A stretch of 14,667 nt of DNA from Tepidisphaeraceae bacterium (GTDB taxonomy: Bacteria > Planctomycetota > Phycisphaerae > Tepidisphaerales > Tepidisphaeraceae): the NCBI GenBank assembly GCA_036744635.1, contig DAIOHQ010000111.1, positions 1 through 14,667 of the forward strand. Reading direction: 5' to 3'. Shown here piece after piece: positions 7,287 through 12,620 of this stretch (positions are counted from its first letter, which is position 1; each line of letters opens with the position of its first letter). The notes under the pieces are model-generated. The model did no database searches, was not told where the DNA came from, and saw only the letters and a list, made by a program, of their open reading frames with translations. A program made the position numbers and the translations under genes.

Positions 7287-7778
7287 TCACCCGCCGCTGG
7301 ACGCTGTGCTGGGCGCCGGTTCGAGGGTGCGCACATAGTTCACGACCTTCCACCGGTCTTCTTCTTTTGGAATCAGTTTTTCGAACGTGGGCATCGGCTT
7401 GCGCCCGTTGGTGATCTTCCAAAACAATGCCCCGTCACTTTGCGCTGCGATTTTCGGGTCGGACAGATCATGGGGCTTGGGGTTGAGGTCCTTGGCGGCC
7501 TGCCCGTCGCCTTTTCCAAGCGGCCCGTGACAGGAGAGGCATTGCTTGAGGTAGACCTGCTTGCCGGCGGCGATCGACTTTTCGTCGGCGGGAATCGGAT
7601 TTTTCCGCCGCGCTGCGCGATCGGGGGCTTTCCACTCCTCCTCGGGCTTGGCCTCGTCGGCCCGCGTGCAAAGCGAGACGGCGCAGGTGAAAGTCAAGGT
7701 TGCGACAAAAATCATCGTCTTCCATCGCTTGAAGAACGCTTGCCCGCGCCTTAGAAAATTGCGTCGATTGAAACTCAT
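7287..7778 (-). CDS. Class I monoheme cytochrome c (CLSCHG … Met ligand region RKPMPTF), 163 aa, with an N-terminal export signal
   Basis: The CXXCH motif is CLSCH with …GALFWKITNGRKPMP… downstream. The N-terminus MSFNRRNFLRRGQAFFKRWKTMIFVATLTFTCAVSLC has a basic n-region and a hydrophobic core. A strong SD (GGAGG) lies 6 nt before the ATG at 7778. Confidence 0.8.
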   Translation of the reverse strand: MSFNRRNFLRRGQAFFKRWKTMIFVATLTFTCAVSLCTRADEAKPEEEWKAPDRAARRKNPIPADEKSIAAGKQVYLKQCLSCHGPLGKGDGQAAKDLNPKPHDLSDPKIAAQSDGALFWKITNGRKPMPTFEKLIPKEEDRWKVVNYVRTLEPAPSTASSGG

Positions 7779-7844
7779 GGCTTGCCTCCAACAACTTCGG
7801 CCGCCACTTCTCCGGCAGGATAAGAAGCAGCATAGCGAAAAAAG

Positions 7845-7872
7845 ATGTTAAACTCTTTTTATTTCATGTCAA
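7845..7872 (-). promoter_or_regulatory. Candidate promoter TTGACA-N16-TAACAT (minus strand) for the cytochrome c / porin / lipoprotein-cytochrome operon
   Basis: TTGACA is at complement(7867..7872) and TAACAT at complement(7845..7850). It sits in a 150-bp AT-rich island, about 65 nt upstream of the ATG at 7778. A second TTGACA is at complement(7927..7932). Confidence 0.35.
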
Positions 7873-8004
7873 GCAAAAAAAGACACTAAGCTCCTTTTTC
7901 GCAATGGTGCCACCTCTTACGCCCCCTGTCAAGAATATTCAGATTTATCAACTTTTCTGTCCACCCCAATTGGCCGGGGTGTAACTTTTGTGCTCAAGTT
8001 GGAG

Positions 8005-8373
8005 TCAGGGATGGGGGGCGACGCGCGGAGGGGGCGCGAGGGTGGACTGATACTCCTTGCTGTCAAGAACGGCAATGCCGATGAAGAGCGCGACAAAGAA
8101 CGCCGCGGCGACCAGGACGACGCCGTGGAAGAGATTATCCCAACGGAGTTGCATGAAATAGACGGCCATGAGGGAAGCCTGAGCGGCGGCGATGACCAGG
8201 GCGAGCCAGAAGTTGACGATCGAGCCCATGTCAACGGAGCTGGCGGCGAGGGTGATGGCGGTCAGTGCAAGCAGGCCGGCGAAGACACCGATCAGCATCA
8301 GCGGCGAGGCGATGTGGATCTCGGCGGCGCTGGATGCTGCCTCGGAGGAGTGAGATTCAGTTGAGTTGGTCAT
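8005..8373 (-). CDS. Small 3-TM subunit of the oxidase (prokaryotic cytochrome c oxidase subunit IV-like), 122 aa
   Basis: Hydrophobic segments …IHIASPLMLIGVFAGLLALTAITLAA…NFWLALVIAAAQASLMAVYFMQLRWDNLFHGVVLVAAAFFVALFIGIAVLD resemble bacterial CoxIV/CtaF-type small subunits. Its start overlaps the subunit I/III stop in an ATGA junction (8370-8373), indicating translational coupling. Confidence 0.7.
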   Translation of the reverse strand: MTNSTESHSSEAASSAAEIHIASPLMLIGVFAGLLALTAITLAASSVDMGSIVNFWLALVIAAAQASLMAVYFMQLRWDNLFHGVVLVAAAFFVALFIGIAVLDSKEYQSTLAPPPRVAPHP

Positions 8374-11108
8374 GGTGGCTGTATCCTGGAATAAGAATGA
8401 ATCAGGTAGAGCAGCGGGAAGAGGAAGAACCAGATCAGGGTCATGAGGTGCCAGTAGAGGCCGACCAGATCGACCGGAGCGAAATAGGCGGGACTAATCT
8501 TGCGGCGGATGGCGCGAAGCATGAGCCAGATGACCAGGCCGATGCCGATTAGCACTTGCAGGGCGTGCAGGCCGGTCAGCAGGAAATAGAGGCTAAAAAA
8601 AGTGCTCACCCGGGCGCGCTCTGCTTTGGTCAAATCGAGATAGCCGAGATGGCGTCCCGCCGGCTCGGGGGCGGCCCCGGGCGGGGCGAGCCCGGGGGTG
8701 TTAAGAAAAGAGGGCTTGATCTTGGGCTCATCGGGCGTTCCGGCAAAAGGGTCCTGGTCGGCTGGGCCCTGGCGACGGGGTTCGGGGGGTTCGGCTTCTT
8801 CAGCGCCGGCCGATTTCTCGGCGGGCGTCTTGGGCTCAGCGGCGACCGGATCGATCTTGGATTCCTTGTGGTAGCGGTTTCTCGGGCCGACCCAGAGGTC
8901 GTGTTTCCACTTGTCGCGGTACTCGAATGACTTGATCCCCATGAAGCCCAAGCCGCCCAGCAGGGTGAGCCCCAGACAGAAAATCAGGCCGGCGCGGCGT
9001 CCGAGCTGGGCGCAGCGCAGGGCCAAGGCCATACAAAAGCTGCAGGCAAGGAGAACCGCGGCGGTGCCCGCCCCCTGCGTCTTGTTCAGGTACTGGTGGG
9101 CATAGGCGAAGACGGCCGGGTAATTGTGCCGGTAGGCGGCGTAGGCGCAACCGAGGCCGCCGAACATCAGCACCTCGGCGGCGATGAAAATCCACATGCC
9201 CAGCCTGCCGGCAGCATAGCCCTGCGGTTTGGTTGCAAAGGAATCGGCAAGGTCAGGCACAGGAGCCTGCGGCTCGACCGTGTCGGCGGGAAGATTGCTC
9301 GCATTCGCATGGTGTTTTCCATCCCCTCCGACCGCCCCGAGCTGGCGGACCCAACCATCTTGCGCGGAAGTAAATCTCCAGGCGCTCAGGTCATAGGGGT
9401 CGCCCAGGGATTCAGTCACCGGAAGATTCTGCGCCGGCGGGGGTGATGGGGAGAACCACTCCAGGGTATTGCCGCCCCAGGGGTTGGCCGGCGCCTTCCT
9501 CCCCCAGCGCAGAGAATGGAGCCAGCTCAGCACCACCATCACCAGGCCGACTGCCATCAGGTAGGCGCCGAGTGTGGAGATGAGCTGCAAGAGCTGGTAC
9601 TGCGGGTTGTAGGTGGCATGCCGCTCGGGCATGCCGCGGCTGCCGGCGATGAACAGGGGGAAGAATGTCCCGTTGAAGCCGACGAAGACAAGGAGGGCGG
9701 CGATCGCGCTCCATTTCTCGCTCACCATCCTGCCGGTGATCTTCGGCCACCAGTAGTACATGCCGCCCAGGAAGGCGAACAGGGTGGAGCCCGCCACCAG
9801 GTAGTGGAAGTGGGCGACGAGGAAGGAGGTGCCGATGAGATGGATGCTGGTGGCGATGGAGCCGAAGAACAGGCCGCTGAGGCTGCCGACGGTGAAGAGG
9901 GCGATGAATGCGATGGCGTAGAGCATGGGGGCCGCCAGCCGGATCGAGCCGCGGTAAAGGGTGGCGAGCCAACTGCAGATGGTGATGGCAAAGGGGATGG
10001 CGACGCTGAAGCTGAGCAGGCCGAAGATGGCATTGACCAGTCCGGAGGAGCCGCTGACGAACAGGTGCTGTCCCCATCCCAGGAAGCCGGCCAGGGCGAT
10101 GGTGAGGAAGGAGTAGGCGAGAAACGCATAGCCGAAGATGTGCTTGCGGCTGAAGGTGCAGACCAGTTCGCTGATGATTCCCATGGCCCCGAGGAGCATG
10201 ATGTAGCCGGCCGGGTGGGCGAAGAACCAGAAGAAGTGCTGGAAGAGGACCGGATCGCCGCCGAAGTTAGGGTCAAAGATGCCGACGTGCCAGAAGCGCT
10301 CGGCCGCGACGAGCAGAAGCGTTATTACCAGGACTGGGGTGGCGACGATCTGAACGATGCTGGCGCCGTACAGGCCCCAGAGGAACAGGGGCATGCGGAA
10401 CCAGGACATGCCGGGCGGGCGGAGGGTGTGGATGGAGACGACGAAATTGGCGGCGCTCAGGATGGAACTCAATGCCAGAATGGAAATGCCGAGAATCGCG
10501 AGGGTCGTGCAATCGCCGGCCTTTTCTGTGGCATAGGGGATGGAGAAGGTCCAGCCGCTGTCAAGCCCCCCCTGCCCTCCCCCCTTGAAACCGCCAGGGG
10601 GGGCGGGGAGGGTTTTGCCAAACGCAAAGTAGGCGACCCCGCTGGCCACGACATACAGGAGCACAAGTGCGCCCATGCAGTAAAGCTGGAAGCCCAGCCG
10701 GTTGATGCGGGGGAAGGCGACGTTGCGGGCGCCCAGCATCATCGGAAGGACAAAATTGCCGAGAACCGCGGGAATGCCGGGAATCATCACCAGGAAGACC
10801 ATCACCACGCCATGGAGGGTGAAAAGCTGGTTGTACAAATCCAAAGCCCGGGCGCGGGCGGCGGTGTCGGCGGAAGGGGGGATGGCGAGGCCTGGGGTGA
10901 GGAATTTGCTGCGCAGGATGATGGCCAGCAGCTCGCCGACGAACAGGAAGACGAGGATTGCGAGCATGTACATCAGGCCGATGCGCTTGTGGTCAAGCGA
11001 GAAGATCCACGAGCGGATGCCGCGAGGCTGAGTCAAGTAATTATCGCGCGCGGGCCCAGGGGGGGGCGCTGGCGGCGATAGCGAAGGTGTTGGGATGGCG
11101 GCTGGCAT
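8370..11108 (-). CDS. ctaD: Haem-copper oxidase subunit I fused to subunit III (912 aa). It has a non-canonical CuB site (WGQHLF) and lacks the D- and K-channel residues
   Basis: N-terminal motifs are …SWIFSLDHKRIG, …YNQLFTLHGVVMVF (helix II His), FWFFAHPAGY (CuB His + Tyr), VAHFHY (haem a3 / haem a His) and …FPLFIAGSRGMPERH. The C-terminal 275 aa are CoxIII-like (MWIFIAAEVLMFGG…YWHLMTLIWFFLFPLLY). GGGAG lies 9 nt before the ATG at 11108. Details of the atypical residues are given under findings. Confidence 0.9.
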   Translation of the reverse strand: MPAAIPTPSLSPPAPPPGPARDNYLTQPRGIRSWIFSLDHKRIGLMYMLAILVFLFVGELLAIILRSKFLTPGLAIPPSADTAARARALDLYNQLFTLHGVVMVFLVMIPGIPAVLGNFVLPMMLGARNVAFPRINRLGFQLYCMGALVLLYVVASGVAYFAFGKTLPAPPGGFKGGGQGGLDSGWTFSIPYATEKAGDCTTLAILGISILALSSILSAANFVVSIHTLRPPGMSWFRMPLFLWGLYGASIVQIVATPVLVITLLLVAAERFWHVGIFDPNFGGDPVLFQHFFWFFAHPAGYIMLLGAMGIISELVCTFSRKHIFGYAFLAYSFLTIALAGFLGWGQHLFVSGSSGLVNAIFGLLSFSVAIPFAITICSWLATLYRGSIRLAAPMLYAIAFIALFTVGSLSGLFFGSIATSIHLIGTSFLVAHFHYLVAGSTLFAFLGGMYYWWPKITGRMVSEKWSAIAALLVFVGFNGTFFPLFIAGSRGMPERHATYNPQYQLLQLISTLGAYLMAVGLVMVVLSWLHSLRWGRKAPANPWGGNTLEWFSPSPPPAQNLPVTESLGDPYDLSAWRFTSAQDGWVRQLGAVGGDGKHHANASNLPADTVEPQAPVPDLADSFATKPQGYAAGRLGMWIFIAAEVLMFGGLGCAYAAYRHNYPAVFAYAHQYLNKTQGAGTAAVLLACSFCMALALRCAQLGRRAGLIFCLGLTLLGGLGFMGIKSFEYRDKWKHDLWVGPRNRYHKESKIDPVAAEPKTPAEKSAGAEEAEPPEPRRQGPADQDPFAGTPDEPKIKPSFLNTPGLAPPGAAPEPAGRHLGYLDLTKAERARVSTFFSLYFLLTGLHALQVLIGIGLVIWLMLRAIRRKISPAYFAPVDLVGLYWHLMTLIWFFLFPLLYLIHSYSRIQPP

Positions 11109-11132
11109 GGTTAATGGCTCCCAGGATCAAAG

Positions 11133-12197
11133 CTATTTCGGCGGATTCTCTCCGTTATCAACCGCGTCGGCCGGCTGCGTGGCGGGCCCCGCGCGGGCGG
11201 TAGAGGCAGTCGTGGGCGCGCCGTACACGCTCTTTGACTTCATCCACAGGATGAGGGCGTCGATGTCGCGGTCCTTGAGCGTGCCTTGGTAACTGGGCAT
11301 CACGTTTTCATATCCTTCGACGATCCTGGCGCCCGGCCGCACGATCGACTCACGGAGGTAGTTCTCATCGGCCAGCACTTGCGTGCCCCCCCCTCCCCCC
11401 TTCAGCGGTTGCTTCGAGCCATAGAGATCCTTGAGCGATGGCCCGATCAGGCGCGAACCGTCGTCGGTATGGCACTGGTTGCAGCCGCGTGTGTTAAAGA
11501 ACATTTTGCCGGCCTCGGCGGGGCTCATCACTCTTGCCCAGTCGGACGCCTTCTCCAGCCAGGCGTCGAAATCGCTCTGTTCCTGAACGATGACCTTGGC
11601 AGACATCCCTGAGTGGTCAGTGCCACAATACTCAGCGCAGCAAGCGTCGAAAGTTCCGGTCTCGGTGGTCTGCACCCAGAGGCTGTTGTAACGCCCCGGC
11701 ACGGCATCCTTCTTGACGCGGAAGGCCGGGAGATACAGGTCGTGAATGACGTCCGCGCTGCTGAGCACCAGGCGGACCGGAATGCCCCTGGGCAGGTGAA
11801 GTTCGCCGTCCGAATAGCCGTTGGGATAGGTGAAGGACCATTTCCACATCTTGCCGCTGACCTGGATCTCGTAGGCGTTGGGGGGGACGACGCTCATGTG
11901 CAGATACCCCTCGAAGCCCGAATAGAAGACCATGAGCACGATGAGGGTGGGGAGGATCGTCCAACTCACCTCCAGGGCTGTGCTGTTGCTCGGGGACTTG
12001 GCCATAGGTTTGTCATCGGGGCCGCGGTAGCGATAGCGGATGACGAAGACCGCCAGTAGCGCGAAAATCACCGTCGTCACGATGACCGAGATGCCCCCGA
12101 TGAGATAGAAGAGCCAATCAACGTCGGCGGCGATGGTGGAGGCGCCCCGGGGCAACCAGAACGACTCGCTCGAATTGGCCAGCAATATGGAGAGCAT
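11133..12197 (-). CDS. ctaC: Oxidase subunit II with a CuA centre and a C-terminal fused monoheme cytochrome c domain (caa3-type), about 354 aa
   Basis: …FWLPRGASTIAADVDWLFYLI…, the CuA ligands …DVIHDLYLP…CCAEYCGTDHSGM (H…C-x-E-x-C-G-x-x-H-x-x-M), then the cytochrome c domain CNQCH…NVMPSY. The start is uncertain: ATG at complement(12195..12197) as annotated, or the TTG at 12227 overlapping the upstream stop as in the ORF track. Confidence 0.85.
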   Translation of the reverse strand: MLSILLANSSESFWLPRGASTIAADVDWLFYLIGGISVIVTTVIFALLAVFVIRYRYRGPDDKPMAKSPSNSTALEVSWTILPTLIVLMVFYSGFEGYLHMSVVPPNAYEIQVSGKMWKWSFTYPNGYSDGELHLPRGIPVRLVLSSADVIHDLYLPAFRVKKDAVPGRYNSLWVQTTETGTFDACCAEYCGTDHSGMSAKVIVQEQSDFDAWLEKASDWARVMSPAEAGKMFFNTRGCNQCHTDDGSRLIGPSLKDLYGSKQPLKGGGGGTQVLADENYLRESIVRPGARIVEGYENVMPSYQGTLKDRDIDALILWMKSKSVYGAPTTASTARAGPATQPADAVDNGENPPK

Positions 12198-12223
12198 GGT
12201 GTTCAACTCATCGGGGGTACAGG

Positions 12224-12571
12224 TCAATCCGACGTACTCGTCGTCGGGCTCGTTGTCGGTCGTGTTGTCGGGCTCGTTGTCGGCAGCCTGCCGCCATTGG
12301 CGAGCAACAGCTTCATCGCCTCATCGATCGGGATCGCCACGGTCTGGTGCTGCCGATCCACCCATCGGTAGGAGTTGATCTTCTCCAATTGGCCGGCCCG
12401 CAGGTTCGCCAGCCAGCGGACGGGGGTATCATCCCACTTCGCAGCCGTCTCCTGGTGGACTTCCTGAAGGAACCATCCCTGGACCCCGATCACCAGCACG
12501 ATCAGGAGGAAACCGGCGACGGCGCCGATCACCAGGATGCGAGCGATATTGACTTCTTGATGCTTTGCCAT
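12224..12571 (-). CDS. Small single-TM protein with a Thr/Pro-rich C-terminal tail, about 115 aa. It may be an accessory subunit of ACIII or the oxidase
   Basis: MAKHQEVNIARILVIGAVAGFLLIVLVIGVQGWFL (one TM helix), then …WDDTPVRWLANLRAGQLEKINSYRWVDRQHQTVAIPIDEAMKLLLANGG and the tail RLPTTSPTTRPTTSPTTSTSD, which is encoded by a tandem DNA repeat. No SD is visible. The upstream extension in the ORF track overlaps the actF stop. Confidence 0.45.
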   Translation of the reverse strand: MAKHQEVNIARILVIGAVAGFLLIVLVIGVQGWFLQEVHQETAAKWDDTPVRWLANLRAGQLEKINSYRWVDRQHQTVAIPIDEAMKLLLANGGRLPTTSPTTRPTTSPTTSTSD

Positions 12572-12620
12572 TGTCGTGCCGGCTGCAAGTCGTGCCGACT
12601 GCAGGTCTTCAATTGCCAAC

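Noticed and set aside
7929-8364. ORFs 7929..8234 (minus) and 7990..8364 (plus)
   Set aside because: They are alternative-frame or antisense ORFs overlapping the subunit IV gene and the AT-rich promoter island. They have low-complexity Ser/Pro/Arg or Gly/Asp/Glu compositions.
9516-11081. 521-aa plus-strand ORF (MEPAQHHHHQADCHQ…), plus 8556..8930 and 9096..9446
   Set aside because: It is antisense to the subunit I/III gene. The composition is extremely biased (Gly/Glu/Asp/Ala/His), with no start context; it is a GC-frame artefact.
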